A DNA stretch of 64,000 nt from the human T2T-CHM13v2.0 reference genome, Homo sapiens. The stretch is from NCBI RefSeq assembly GCF_009914755.1, contig NC_060937.1, one strand, 5' to 3'. The notes under the pieces were generated by a model. The model was not told the DNA's origin. It saw only the letters and a list, made by a program, of their open reading frames with translations, and did not search any database. A program made the position numbers and the translations under genes. Every line of letters starts with the position of its first letter. The stretch's first letter is position 1. This document shows, one piece after another, positions 24,201 to 42,340 of the stretch.

Positions 24201-27199
24201 CTGGCATGAGTTGTCACAAATACAGTGGTGGTTGCTTTGAGAGAAAGGTGCTTACAACCTGACATAAATTTGCTTTGCATGAAACTTTAAGGAAATTAAT
24301 AGAAGTAAGATTAAACAAAGAAATTTTGATAGTGAGTGACTAAGAGCAATATCAGATGACAAATGAGGGAAGAGAACATTAATAAGTGCAATACTTTATT
24401 TTTTATGGTTGAATTAAGTATCAAGCAAATATGTTCATATTTTCTAATGCAATTTATATCCCAATTTGCATAGTTACTTATACAGTTTAATAGAAATGTA
24501 TATCACTGCCCACTTAAGAGTTTAGAATACTAGCCAACAAAATAAAAACAAGAATCTAAATTCAGTATTATTTTAGAATGTTTACCTAATCAAAAATAAG
24601 TTATAATCAAGATTTGCTTATCTGGCAAGCCAAGTGTTTTTTAATTGTATTTCTCCCCTACATTGACCTTTAAGTCTCACATTCTTTTTAGGATAAGCCA
24701 AAGTCATCTTGAAAGATTGAAAAGCAAATTGGAAAAAGTAAGATAGGAAAGAAAACATACTCTGAAAATGACACATAACAAAAATGTATTTTAAAAACAT
24801 AAATAACAAATGGCAATAAGCATCGAATGTCACTATCTTTTTGATTGCGTAAAATTATTTGAACTTACATACTCATTACTAATTTGGCAATTCTAAATTT
24901 ACAAATTACACCTTCCTTCTTAACTGCTTTATTCTCAATCTTTAGGCATTGCAAATAGAAGATATTCAAGTTAGTCAAAGTGTTCAGAGCTGTTATTCAA
25001 TAGAGTGAAGGGATCTGAAAACTTATTTGCTACTGAACATGTCGTTGAGGTACTTTTATGGATGAAAAAAAGTTGATATATAAAATATCAATAATAGTAA
25101 TAGCTTGTGAGAGTAGTTTGTCAGTATACTCACAAAGATCATGAATTTGACGCTTACTAGTATGAGGGATAAATAAAAAACATTTTATAATATGTAGCTA
25201 CCATAAAGATACGATTATGACACAACTGAGAATTGAGCGGTCTTTTAATTCTCCTTTTGAGTAATCTTTACCAACCTGTCCTCTGAGCCTCCGTGTATAT
25301 GCTATGTTTAAGACCAATGATTAGCTATTTATACATGAATTTTCCATTTTTCCTTGTTCAAAACACTTTTGTCACACAAATAATATTAACTAAACTAAAG
25401 TGACTTGAGGGAGTATGGATTAATGAGGTTCACAAGAAAATAAATAAAGCAACAACTTGTGAAATTTAGGGCAGATGCCATTTATTGCCATTTCCCGCTG
25501 ACTGTTAAGTAGAGATTTCAGTTCAGATAAACACATTCTAAGAATTACTACTGAAAGTGTAAACATCAGCCTGCATTTTAGTACTTGCTGGTTCTTTAGT
25601 AAAAATTTCGAATGTCAGCCCAAGGTTGTCTTGCTAAAAGAGAAAAAAAATAGGAATTATATATTGAAAACATCTTAAAATTATATTTTATACTACAAAA
25701 ATTTCCTTTTAGGTAGTAAAAGTGAGAATTTAAAAACATGATTCTCACTGCTACTAAAAGCACACAGAAAATGAAATACATATTTTTGAGACTTGATACT
25801 TACCTGTTTTATTTTGATAAACTTGTACCTAGTTTTAAAGTTTCTTCACACTAAAAGTACACCACAATTTCAAAATGGCACCCTTGTCTCTCACAATATA
25901 AACTTTAAAGGAAATTAATATCTAGATCATCATTTTGCTTTGTTGTTTTAAATATCATCATGTTTTAGTTACAGAATAATACAAAAGTGGGCTCACCCTT
26001 TATCGTGAAGGTGCATTTATGGCATTTTCAATTCAAAATATAAAAATCCGCAAACATTGTTACTAAAAATGTGCTAGATATTTGTTAAGCCTCAAACGTA
26101 TACTAAGAATTACCCAGAACATAGGTCTTTGCCCCATTAGCTTTCTGTCTAAGTAATAAGGCACTATTTTCCTCAACTATTTCTTTCCTCAAATATTTTT
26201 TTCTTGTGTCTTTTGTTACAATATTGCCACACATAATTTGAAGATAAAAATTGCCATATATTATAACCATCATCTGGCTTTTTTAAAAAAACTTTCTTAG
26301 TGCTTGATTTTAATGTCCAATGCTGCAATTTTACCTTCTTCTTACTAATGGTGTAGAGTAGAGAAAGTGACTTTTATCTCTGAGCTGAGGAAGTTTCTAA
26401 ATTTCATTTCACAGAAATTAGTTTTAATGAGTCAAACAGTAATTCTATTTCTTTTATTTTTAGGTTGCTTCCTTTAGAAGGTACCGTTTTGGACTCTTGA
26501 CGCTGCCTGGGTCCATAGTGTGAGGACCCATCTGTGTAGTAGAGAATAATACTCAATAGATGTAGTGATGTAGTTATGCTGTGTGGTGGTAAATTCATTC
26601 TAACCCAGTGAAATGTTGGATTCGGTCAAATTTATCAACGTTTCTTAAGCACCTACTTTGTACTAGACACTGATCCTGTGGACATCAAAATGCAAACCGA
26701 CCACAACCACTCAGCTGTGTCTGCTGGGAAAGGCCCTCCTCTGTGCGTCTCTCCTGCTCCCACGCCTGTTAGTGGGTCAGTGAAATACGCAAGACCCTGG
26801 CTTTGCTTTACTCAAGCCTTTTTTAAGGGTTGTGCTTGCAGCAAACCACACTAAGAGGTGAGGTCGCATTCCAGAACAAAGTGCGGGCCTGCTTATTTCC
26901 TGCTACAAAAATGGTGGATTACCCAAGTCCTTTGTGTCAGCCGAAACACAGCCCACTGCAGGCGTGGCATCCAACAGGCCCCGCCCTGTTGCCCCATGCT
27001 GCCCGGGAAGCAAGAGGAATAGAGGCAAGTCATGCCACTTTCTGTGCCATGAGTCTCTGACCGGAAAGGCTTACATCCTCTGCCAGCATCCACCTAACGG
27101 TGACGGGCTAACATTACTTTCTAAGGGAAAGGGAGTAAAATCTCAAACCCTGACAGTGTGCTTAGGAAGCTCACAAATCAGTGGGAGGTGGAGAACCTA

Positions 27200-28430
27200 C
27201 ATGAACATAGCCAAATCAAAAGGTCAGTTGTATTTGGTACAGAACTAAATCTAGATACAAGGGACAAAGCATATTATAAAGCTGGCAGTTTATTTCATTG
27301 GAGGATAAGAGATTATTCAGTAAATGGGGTTGGCAGAACCAGAAAATATACCTGTAGACACATAAAAATTAGATGCCTGTGTCCTTTCACTAAAATGTCA
27401 GGTGAAGCAAAAAATTAAATATTAAAACATGAAACCATAAAACCAAGTAGAAAAGTAAAGAAATATTGATAAACTTGACTTTCTAAAATAGGATTCTGTA
27501 GGGGGAATACAGTAAAAACAAAACAAAAACAGTAAAAGCAAAGTTAAAGTAGAAGCTGGAAGGAAATTGCAGCCAGTATCATAGATGAAGTGCTAATGAT
27601 GCTTATTTAATACTTTAAAAGAGCGCTGTAAAAAATAAGAAACTAAAAACATTCTAAAAATTGGTGAATGACCTGAATACAAATTTCACAATAATGAAAA
27701 TTAATGCAAGAAAGGCTTAAATGTGTGAAAGTTTGCTTAACCTTTCTTGTAATAAGATGAATGCAAATTAAAACCACAATGTGGTAGAATAGTTCACCTA
27801 TCAGATTGGCACAGATCAAGAAGTTTGATAACACGGTGTGTTTGCCAGAATGTTGGGAAACAGGTTCCCACCCAAGGCTGCTGGTGGTACAGACTGAACA
27901 GCATCTATACAATTTGGCTGTATCTGTCAAAACGACAAATGTCTCATGTTCCTTGACCCACAATCTAATTTCCAGGAATTACTCATGTGGATGGGAAATG
28001 ACTTCTTTATAAGGGTGTTCATTGCATTATTGTTAGGAATAGAAACTTATACACATGATTACAGTATTGTCTTGTAATGGCAAAGGTTTGAACCCTATGC
28101 AACTGTAACACAAACGAGGCAGCTCTGTTTATACTGACCCAGAATAATATTTGACTGTATAATGTGAGGTGGGAAAACAAGCTTCAGAACAGTGTGTATA
28201 GTATAGTACAACCATTTTTTTTATTTTTAAAACGTGTGGGTATGTGCACAGATACCTACTGCAAGTGACCTCACAAATATGGCAATGCGAGGAGCCAACC
28301 TGGCTTCCTGGGGAAGGGACGGGTTGGGGAGAGGACTCACGTTTCATCGTGTTACTTTTCGGACTTTCCGAATTTTGTAGCACAAGTATGTATCAAATAT
28401 TTAACAGTGTAAAAATAATTGACTTTAATT
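27200..28430 (+). mobile_element. Old L1M (L1ME-like) ORF2 3' end and 3'UTR fragment
   Basis: atgcaaattaaaaccacaatg...cacctatcagattggca corresponds to the decayed [13 protein letters not shown] motif of L1 ORF2. Confidence 0.75.
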
Positions 28431-28434
28431 TCTA

Positions 28435-29300
28435 AAGGCTCAGTAGCACTTGGTGATGATTTGGGGGTAGGGGAGGAAGAGAGGACCTTCAGTGTCCTGC
28501 ACTGTCGCTGGGTGATGACAAGGTCTTCTCCTGAGATGGGGGAGGGAGAGTTAAGAGATTTATTTTGGACACACGAGGTTGGACATAATAGAAATCTGAG
28601 AGAAGATGTTGGATAGGCTGTTGGAGAGGCTTGGAATGGAGATATTAATTTGGGATTCATGGGCATCTAGCTGCATTTAAGTCCCTAGGATTTGCCGAAA
28701 GTGACTGTGAGAGATGAGATTGGAGCACCTGGGATTGGACCCAACTACTCTTAACATTTAGAAGTCAGGGACAGAAAGGTAATCTAGCAGAGAAAACGCA
28801 ATGAAAGGGCACAGACTAGCTTGCTGAAGAACCACGGGAGTGGACAGCAGAGAGCATTGCAGCAGGGACTGGCCAGCCAGGGGTAACGAGGATGAGTGGT
28901 CCAGGCAGGGGACCTGGTGACATGGGAGCCATGTTGATCTAGTGCGTGGTTTCCTGGTGTGAGGAAGAGGGGAATGCAGCCTGGAGAAGGCATGACAGAT
29001 GGGGCAGGATCCATGAGAATGAACTTTCAATAAATGAAGTCTTTGCATTATGAATTCAAAGTGCTATTTAGCAGAAACATTGGAGAACGAGAAGAATCCG
29101 AAGGAAAATCCAGGGGCAAAATAAGCATTATCCTCCGGGAGCAGAAGAGTCAGTGTCCCCAGGATGCAGCCAGCTTTCAGGAAAGGCTGAGACTCAGAAA
29201 GCATGGGAGTAGTGTTGCAATGGAAAGGACACTTGAGAGAAGACACTGGAAGTGTTTGGGAGGTAAAGGAGTGAAAAAGGGCTGGGTGAAAGGAAAACAT
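28435..29300 (-). mobile_element. L2 fragment(s)
   Basis: Purine-rich gagaggcttggaatggagatattaatttgggattcatgggcatctag is typical of antisense L2. Confidence 0.55.
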
Positions 29301-29312
29301 CAGTTAGGATAA

Positions 29313-29688
<376 letters not shown>

Positions 29689-32600
29689 GGTAGGTTGAGT
29701 TTTAATGGTGTCTGTGAAGATGCAAGTTCAGCTGTAGCCTGGAAGTGTGACCTGGCATCTGAGAGGAGCACTGCAGCACCCCTTTTCTGTGCTGCTTGCA
29801 TTGGCATCCATGGTGAGTGCAGCAATAGCTGTCATCAGTGAGCAAAGAGGCTCCAGCCAGGGGCCCTGTGGTGCCTACAGGGAGAGGCAGAGATCTGGGT
29901 GTCCCCAGGTTTTTCTGCTTGAGTCAAAGCCCCTGGGAGCCCAGGTATGAAAACCTAGGGGCTTCCATCATGTCCGGATGGTGGGTCTCCATCATTCCTC
30001 TTAATCTCATGGTTTTCTTGCAAAGCTGAAGAAGCCCCATTATGGGCTTTTCCTCAAATTGAATGTCATCTTGCAACATCTCTTCAGCTTTGCATTTTTG
30101 GAACATGGATCAGAATCTTTCCTTTCCTTGACTCCCTTTCTAGCAGCTTGTTAGAATGCATTCATGTAGCAACTGGGAATGAATGCGACACATTTACATT
30201 TAACACCTCCCTTCCATTGACTTCAGCTCAGACCTTTCCAGAGATTTCTCCATTAGAGGACTGTTAGATGCCACTAGACGTGTGAGACCAAATGATGTTG
30301 GCATCATCTTGGAATAGAGACGGAGACTGGGGTCTGGCCTTTCTTCTGGTCCTCAGTCCTGCAGGCTGTCCTTTCTCCACTGCACCTCCTCAAGGAGCAT
30401 TCCTGGTAGCCTCTGGAACCTGCCCTGGGTGTGTTTTGGTTCACTCTCTATGCTTGATAGGCTTTCTCAAAGAACCTGCTGCATCGTAAGTGCTCAACAC
30501 ACTCTTTTCAGGATTGTTCTTTTATGTTTTTAGATTACAATTTTATGTAATTTTTTTCTGATTAAATACTTTTTGTGTGGCTACGGAAAAGTTCACATAA
30601 ATTAACACATTAAAGACCTTTGAAAGCTCCTGACTGGCACAGTAGACACAGCCAGTACATATTGGCTATGATCGTTTGTGTTCTGTATCAGATTGGTTTA
30701 CAGGCCACAAAGATGGGGGCCCTACGGATCCTCTCTGTTCAAGCAGTGAAGAGCTGGTATCTGAGGATAAAAGAAGCTTGTGTTGTAATGATGTGGAAAT
30801 TCCAGAGGTTGTGATGGAATGAATGACCTAGAATAGAGAAGAGCAAAGCATGTTGGGAGCAGGGAGGTGGAAAAGGGAGTATAGGAAGAGGGGAAGAGGG
30901 GTCCCAGTTGGCCTCCAGGTTTCTGGAAGTACCAATCCTAGAGTCTTCTTGGTGAAGGGAGTTGGCCAAGGCAAGGAAACCTGAGCCCTTTGTGAAGGAG
31001 TCAGAGGAGGTTTATGACTAAAAAATGACAAATTATGCCATATTACGTATTCTGAACAAATATGTGTAAATACATGATTTAGATAAATTAGGTATTTATT
31101 AAATATTTCAAGATTTGGTTCCAGAAGAGTACAATTTGTCTCTTCACCATTGTTAGAGGGAAAAAAACAGGTAAAGCCAATCAAAGAAAGATGAAAGTTT
31201 TTAGAGGAAAAAAAAATCTAGTTTTGCAGCAAAGAGGATTAATCTGTAAAGTCTCATCTTATAGATGTGCTACTGTAGTAATCTAGAATTTGTTTCTTCT
31301 TATTCTTCATTTCCCAACAGTATTAAGATGAAGTGTGTAATCTTTAGAACTAGAGAGAAGTCTGTTTGCATCTGTGGGGTTAATGCAGAGAGGGAGGTGA
31401 GAGGTGATTCTTGCCATACTTGGTCACTTGAATAAAACTACCTATTCCCATGGCTTTCTCTTTAGGGAGTAGAAAACCCTCATTTCAATGAAATCAGTGT
31501 TTTTCATAATTGGAAGCCTACCTTCCAAGAGCTAATGGCATATAATGGAAATGAATTATCCCTTGCTACCTAAACACTTGCTTCCTAAACTCATATTTAA
31601 CTGTGTAAGGATATTTATATTAATTTAGGAAGTTTATATCTAAGCAGGGATTTCCCTTTAACGAATGAAACAATATGCATACTGGCAAGGTAGAAAATGT
31701 TTTCAATTTGCATTTTGTTGTTTGGAGGCCTATTTAATTCATTGCAATCTTATTTATTCAGTGATGTATATTAAACATAAATGTATTAAAAATCTACCAC
31801 TAGAAAGTACTAATTGTCATTGAATGGCACATTTTAAAATGAATAATTTCATGTTATGTAAATGCTGCCTAAAAACTATAATAGAACTGCCATGATTAAG
31901 ACATTATGTCTACACAGAGAAGGTTAAAGTAACAATACCATAACTACTGTCCTTTTATAAATAAACAAATAAAAACATAATATTTATTCCAAAGGACATT
32001 CTTGTGTCGAAAGATGAAACAGAAAGAAAGTGGAAGATAGTAACAGAGAAAGTGGAAAAAAGGACGAGAAGGGATAGACATGCAAAACTCCAGCATTCCA
32101 AAGTTAAGGGAAAGAGAATAACCATGTTGTGCCTATAACCCTAGAAGATTACAAAAATTATTTCTAGCAAATTGACAACCCTTCTTTCTGAAGGTAGCTT
32201 TGGGCAAAAAGGTGCTGTTTTGAGCTTTTACCCTGAATCACCTGGGGTGCACTTGAAAAGAAGCCATTTTGCCAATGCATTAAAAGTGTCTGAGTGAAAG
32301 CTGCCACTTGATTGTCCTAAGAGGCTTTTAACCCCAGCCACATAATTATTTCATAACAAACAATCAGGAACATTTCTCTTCCTCATCAGTTTCCCAGACT
32401 ACCTCATAGCACATGCATGATACAATGTGTGATTTTGCAGCCTTCCATGTAACATCGGAGTCCTAAAGAGATGGACTTGAAGAGGCTCATGGTGATTTTA
32501 ATTGCATTTTGAAATGCCACACATATTCTAAGAGATGTCATTCTAAGAGATGTCATCAATCTCTTAAAACATGATTTTTAATGGCTGCATACCATTCTTC

Positions 32601-32999
32601 TACCCCATTGTACCATGATTCATTTAACCACCTCTTAATACTTGCTTCGTTTTGGTGTTTCTAATTTCTTGCAAATAAAAATTTAACTGCCCTTGCTAAT
32701 GATTATTTGGTAGGTGATTCTTACCTTGATAAGTAGGTCACCATCTATCCAGTTGTGCAGCTGGAAACCTGGAAATCATTCTTGCAATAGTTTTCACCCC
32801 GAATCCCAATCCATTGCCAAATTCTGTCAATTTTCTATTCTTAGTATCTCTCAAGCTTATTCACTTCTTTCCACCCCTCATAAATATTTTTGCCGTAATA
32901 TTTCTGAATTCCTTATTGGTTCAGCAATATACTAGGTATTTATTATCTTTTATTTTTCACACCTATCCATTGTTACTCTTCTTCCAATTTTTCTCTCAA

Positions 33000-35650
<2,651 letters not shown>

Positions 35651-36607
35651 CTTTAACTTTGCGTTCCCCTTAAAAAGGACCTTGAGAGAAGGGCTCAGCG
35701 TCTGATAGTTCCAGCATCTGGCTGTGGAGCTGTATGGCTGAGTCATCATCTGTTGGTTTGTTTGCTGACTTCCAACCTTTGTGCCTAGATATTGAAGTCA
35801 CCTTCTCTCCCTTTGAAGGGCAGAGACTTTGTGTGTTTGTCCTTTCACTCAGCATGGCTCTTGGAGTTTCTGGCTGCATGAGAAGGTCCTGGGAGACTCT
35901 TCCCTTCCAAGAGCCTCCATGTTGTCTTCTGCCTTTTGGGGCTACTGAAACCGCAGCACAAGGTGTAGGGAAATTACCAGGTTCCCCCAGAGCCGTCGTT
36001 CCTTGCACCGCCTTTCCACGATGTGTGTGCCCCCTTTTGTTTTGTCCCCTGGGATTTCTCCTACACTCTTGCGAGGTCATTATGAACTTAAAAGGATGTG
36101 GATTTTTATTTTATTTTATACCTTAGAGGTCTTTTATAGCAGAGATTTTTCAGGGCATCAAGACTAGACGTTTTGCCCAAAAGGGAAAACCAGAGGCTTT
36201 CAATTTTTTTTTGAATTCTATCTAAAAACCTTTTTTTATGGTTCATTCTTTGTTTTTGTACTAGAAAGAACATGTAACTATTTTATGTATAGTCTTTAAA
36301 TGACATTTGATGTAAATACAGTGTCACAGCAATAGATAGCAATACCAAATAAAATACATTTCAAAGAAGCTGCTTAAAAATTTAAAGATATTGAACCCTA
36401 AAAGGATGACTTATTTCCTCAATAAATCATGTAGGAATGGAAGCTTATTTGCAGTATGAATTGTATTTTGTAGTATGGGAAAACAAAGGATAGAAGAGAA
36501 ATCCTCCTTTCCTTAACTAGCATATTTCAGTAATGTGACACCCTGGGAGGAGATGACAAAGAACCTAGTTTTGAGAGGCACCTTTTGCCATTTACTTCTG
36601 GCTGGTC

Positions 36608-36706
36608 AGGAGTGCCACATAAAGCCACACACAACTTCAGGAGCACCACCCACAAATACTACACTATGAACAGGGCTCCCTGGCTGTGTACAGTGTGGCT
36701 GCCCTG
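36608..36706. mobile_element. Possible MER91-like hAT MITE
   Basis: Imperfect terminal inverted repeats caggagtgccac ... gtggctgccctg about 100 bp apart. Confidence 0.4.
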
Positions 36707-37719
36707 ATCCTGCGGCAGATAACATTCCTGAACATTTAGTTACTCACCTGTGACATCAGAATCATAGTAAAGTTCATGCAATGAATAAAAAGGATAATAT
36801 GCATGAAATCACTATATAAATGTTATTATCCCCACCATGCACACCTTTGAAAGAACATATAAAATTGCCACAAATTCTGCTTGATTTTTGCCACTCATTT
36901 AACTTCTTAAAAACTTTAACTTACATAATAAAGCCATAAAAACAGCTCGGTTGAAGCGAAGGGCAGCAGCAAAGAAACTTGCTCATCCCAGTTGCCCGCC
37001 ATCCACTCCCTTTTCATCTCAACAGTGAGTTAGGTAACGTGATTCCTTTTCTTTTTCTCTTTCTTTGGAACACAGAACATGTCTGTTAGCTCAGCACAAC
37101 ATGAAGTGAAAGATAGGATCACAGGAATTGTAACTGCTCTTCCTCTTGCTTTACATTCTCCTGTCTGCCAAAGAAGAATGCCTAGCCCCTCAGTGTCTGG
37201 TTCAACATACAAACACATACATTTGTCTCTAAGGGGACTCTTTTATCAGTTGGTATCTCCAGCTTTTCTCTCCCCTAGCCTGTGTCCCTCCTCCACATCT
37301 ATCTTTCTTTCTTACTCAACTTGACGAGCCCACAGACACCTTCACTCCCTGTGAAGCGATGAGAAATGTCCTTATTTCAATTGCGGGTGGACAACCGTCT
37401 CCCACTGTCTCCTGGTGCCATCTCTAATCTTACGGCCTCACTGGAGTTATCCAAGGTCCTGAAGACACCCCAGTGACACTCCCCATCTCGCGGTTTGGAG
37501 GTTGCAGTTCAGGCATCAGACTCTCTCCAGGCAACAGACATCTGCACTGGCTGGACTGCTGCTACCTAGCGGGGTGGGGTGTGATGGACAATGGAGTCCT
37601 ATACTACGGGCCTGTCATCCTGGGTCTGTTCTGCCCAGTGGAAGCTGCCCAGGCTGCTGCAGGAGTGGTGATGCTCATGCCACTTGGCCACTTGACCTTG
37701 CTCTGCATAACCTAATGAC

Positions 37720-38560
37720 CGCCATCGTTTAATGGTTGCATCATATTCCATCACATGGTCAATAGTCATTTTTCTCTACTTTTTTATTGTTAGGTATTGC
37801 TTTTTTTCTTATTTCTTTCAATGATAAATGCTGGTTTGATGAATATGGTATACATTTATTTTGTTTGTGTTTCGCATTATTACTGGGGAAGAACAGATTC
37901 CTGAGTGTAGAAATACGGATTCAGAAGTTCTGCATGTTTTTAAGCTTCACATGTATATTGCTGAGTTGCTTCCTGCAGAAGTTAGCCCAATAGCATATAA
38001 CCGTGCCTCTTTTTTCCCCATTCTCTTCAGCGCTGTTTTAATAGTGTTAAATATTTGTACCTCGTGATAGTGCAAAATTATGTCCCCATGTTTCAATCCT
38101 CTCTCCTTTGATTACTAGAAATGTTGAAGTGTTTTCATTATTAAGCACAGGTGTAAATCCATTTCTACAGTTTTGCTAACTTTTCTTGGTTTGGTAATGT
38201 CTTTATCACCAATTTATGTGAATTTAGATTATAGTAAGTTTATTAAACCTTTGTGATGTATTTGTTATAAATATTTTTCTGAATCATTAGATAAGTTATA
38301 ATTTTGTTAATTATATGTGTTGGCCCACAGAAGTTTAAAATTGCTATGTACTCAAAATTTTTCCATTGTGGTTTACTTAATACATTTTCACACTTAGAAA
38401 TTTCTTCCTTGTCTGGTGTTGCTTATGCTTTCTTAGAATTTATTATGTCCTTATGTATTTAATGCTTTTATTTTGATAAATGGTGAAAATAAAAATCAAA
38501 ACACTTCTTCCCAAGACTGTGTATTTAATGACCTATCATTTCCCTGTTGATCTTTATTAT
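37720..38560 (-). mobile_element. Old L1M fragment (antisense)
   Basis: tttaatggttgcatcatattccatcacatgg and ctttgattactagaaatgttgaag resemble antisense L1ME. Confidence 0.6.
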
Positions 38561-39367
38561 TTTTTCAATTATAAATAATATTTTGGCAAATTTTGTTATT
38601 CATAAAGTTGTCATGATTTAAATTCTTCTGTAGGCATTAGTAAATATCCAGCGTAAGTGGGTACTTATTTTTACCAAAGAATATGTACAAAAATATTCCT
38701 GGCACTATTTCAATAGTAGCAAGGACTATAACAAGCTAAATATCCATCAAAAATAGAACAGACAAAAAGTTAGAATATATTCACAAAGTGAAACACTATA
38801 CAGCACAAGCCGCGGCCCCTGGAATCTGGGCTCTCTGTCTCCATTTCTTACCCACATCTGTGGCTCTGCTGCACCCTTTTGCAGCCTCCAATTGTAGCCC
38901 TGGGTGCTTGAGCTCTATTGCTTCTCAACCACCAGCTGAACAGAGAGAGAGAGAGAATCAGAAAATACTACCCCAGTACCTCAGTCAGAAGGTCTGGAGC
39001 TGACTCGCTGTCTCTGACCGGCTGACAGAGGTTCTGTGCTTGTTCGATGGGTCTAGGACACAAGCCATCCCTGGTGCTGGAGTGGATTCATCCTCCCAGG
39101 CCATTTTGAGTCTTTGTCACCTGACCTAGCAATGAATTATAGGATGCTTTTCAAATTGTGGTGTCAGAGCCATTCTCTTGAAGCAAATGTCAGTGTCTTC
39201 ACAAGGTGGGAATGGGTGCTGGCATCCTGAAAACAGTGGTTTTCCACTCTATTAAGTCACCCTGGCCAGCACCTTGTCCTCTGTGTGTCTCAATTTTCTC
39301 ATCACCCAAATGTCCAGTACATTATAGGGCTGATTATTGATTGTAATTTCTTTAAAAATGAGTTGCT

Positions 39368-39646
<279 letters not shown>

Positions 39647-40214
39647 TCACCGCCAGACCTTTCAGCATGTGGCCAATGTGTCTCCATTTTTTTGATGTAG
39701 GCCAGTTTGAGTTGGACTGTCTGCCACCTGAGCAAGAGAAATCCCACCTGCCAAGCCTCTCGGCAGACGGTGGTGCAGCCTCCACAGCCTGGTCTTCAGA
39801 TTGTAACTCCGGCCCCTGCTCTGAGCTGGACCCCTCTAGGTGATTTTTAAAGCCTTGTTTAGTTTTAATATTCTCTGATTATCTATGTAGTAAAACAGAT
39901 TAATTTGTCTTCTAGAGAAATGAAAGTGCTTAATTGAGTAAGGCATATTGTAAGTGCTCGATAAATTTTGGTTATGGGTTAGATGCAAAGTGTCTGGACA
40001 AGGAGCAAATTGCCTGGTTCCACAGGGACTGGTGCTGTCCTCTCCTGCCCTCCTCTGTCATATCTGTCCTCCTTTCATGGGGCTGGGGGGTACTTTGGGC
40101 CTGTTCCAGATGGACTCCCCCCTAAACTCTGAAGTCGCTTTGAGTCCTGGTCACCAAGCTATGCATTCAATTATACAGTGTCTTTTATTGTGGACATCTG
40201 ATTCACCTCTGTTT

Positions 40215-40485
40215 TAGTGTAGTGGATAGGGGCCCAGACTTCCTAGGCAGTCTGCCAGGGTTCAAATCCCAGCACCACCACCGTTAGCTGTGTGTCCGCA
40301 GGAAAGTTACTTAAACTCTCTGTGCCTCAGTTTCCTCATTTCTAAAATGAAGATAAGGCCAATTCCTATCTCATAGAAAGGTTCAAGTAAATTAAATTAT
40401 TGAGGATCACATAAGTTAATTTTCTGAACTGTGCTTACAATGTCTGGCATATATGGCATATAAGGTGTGAGCAGTCACTATTTTA
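40215..40485 (+). mobile_element. MIR, near full length
   Basis: gggttcaaatcccagc...aagttacttaaactctctgtgcctcagtttcctcatttctaaaatgaagataa. Confidence 0.85.
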
Positions 40486-40569
40486 TCAGGGTAACCATAG
40501 GGAAGAGCTCAGAGGATTTAGAGTCAAATAAACCTGAGTTAGAATCCTGGCTCCAACCCATCTGTTGAG

Positions 40570-40651
40570 TGGTTCTGACAAAAACCATATGGTCCACGAA
40601 CCCCCAAATATTGACTCTCTGACCTTTTGCAGATCAAGTTTGCAAATCCTG
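40570..40651 (+). mobile_element. MER58-like hAT-Charlie 3' fragment
   Basis: accatatggtccacgaacccccaaatattgactctctgaccttttgcagatcaagtttgcaaatcctg resembles the MER58 end. Confidence 0.55.
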
Positions 40652-41699
40652 CGAGAGCCCAGGTGGAGCTTCTGACACGGTGCACAGAAGCAGCCTGGCA
40701 TAGCGTGTGAGGAGTCCCCCCCCCACCCAAGCCTCCCAAAGACGCCGTCTGCTGTCACTGAGGGCCGGGGCCACAGCCTCTGCATCTCCCGAGCTCCAAA
40801 AGTTCCTACGGTTCAACGTTCATTATGCTCAACTGACAATCTGCTGCTAAGCACAGGACTGAGGCTGCATAGCCAGGGACTGTTCTGGAGGGATTTCCAT
40901 GGACCCCAGGAGTCTGGCATGGACAGCTGTGGGCCAACACCTGCCTTACCCCTCAGTTGGCATCCGCGACGGCCTTGGCACCTCATTAGGAAAGTTAAGG
41001 CATCCTGAGACCATCCTGGCTGTCCGTTCCCCTGAAGGGAGCACTCTTTCTGCTGCAGGCAGCTCCCAGTTATCCGAAACACCGTCAAACCCAAGGCCTA
41101 GCAGCTCATTTCTGGTTTCGAGCTATGCTTGGGGGACCACTTTCTTGATTCCAAAGTGTATCCCGTGGCCTCAAGAAGAAGACAAATAGAATCAATTGCT
41201 TTTGTCCCTTTGATGGAAGCATTTAAATGTGAGGTCCTGACTGTGGCATGAGAGAAAGTTGGACGCCCTGTCCCACTAACGGTTGTTTCTGATGATTCTA
41301 CACCCCACTCTGTCTCCTCCTGACAACCACAGCCATCTGAGCACCTGGGGTTCATGTAAGAACAGAAGTGCAAGCCTCATTCATTTAAATGCTCTTCAAG
41401 GATATGCCCTATGTAAATAAGAAATGAGTGTGCAATGAATTAAGACAGTATACATTCAATTACAAAACCACGAGTTGTGAAAAATAAATTATGAATATGC
41501 AAAGGAAAACAGTTCATGGGGAAATAAGATTTGAGTTGTGCCTTCTTGAAATTCATGTCTGCTGTTTTGGAAACATCAGTGTAGACTACAAGGGAAGGAG
41601 GTTACTTAAGCCCATCTCTCAAAAAGCAGCAGGGACGAGTTGATCTGGCTGCTGGCTCCGTAGCTTACACAGTCACCAGTGGTGGAAAGAACACACTTC

Positions 41700-42340
41700 C
41701 TTTTCAAAGGACCAAGGTCAAAATTGCATCTCTACTATTTCTTGGGCATGGGACTCTAGAAAAGTTTTAAAATCTCTCTGGGCTTTGTTCTTCTTGTCTT
41801 CAAATATAGCATGGTAATGTCTACCTAATAAGACTGTTTTAAAAATTGGGATACTTTATGTGGAGAGGCAGGCACAGAACTCGACACTTGATAAGCACTC
41901 ACTAAGTGGTAACCGTCATTTTTGTATATTCATCCAACAAACATCCATGGGGCATCTGCTGTGCCCAGGCACAGTGTGGGTGCCCAACACCGCAGAGAGC
42001 AGACAAACGTGGTCCCTGACTTGACAAGGTTTCGGTCAGAGGTCCTGGAGAAGTGGCTGTGTGATTACATGTCTATTTTAGGAGTGGGTATGGAGATCCA
42101 TGGGAGACCATCAGAGAAGCCCTTCCCCGGGGCTTAGGATTTAGAATATGCTTCCTAGGGGAAGCTCTATCTATACTGAGATCAGCGGACAGATACGTAG
42201 GAGCCTGGAATTGTAATAAGAGAAAGAAGTAAGGAATTGCCACCTGGGCAGAAGGAACAGGCTGTGCAGAGGCTGGATGCCTGGGAGTGCACAGCGTATG
42301 TGTGGAGTGATGTGGTGCACATAGGCATGACGCAGCTCCA
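41700..42340. mobile_element. MIR fragment followed by an antisense L2 3' fragment
   Basis: ttgataagcactcactaagtgg (MIR end), then tattcatccaacaaacatccatggggcatctgctgtgcccaggcac (reverse-complement L2 3' end). Confidence 0.6.

Noticed and set aside
32525-32556. 15-bp tandem duplication attctaagagatgtc x2 (similarly ccttttaacaatta near 33761/33780 and (GCT)5 near 12920)
   Set aside because: Real, but ordinary slippage products with no sign of function.
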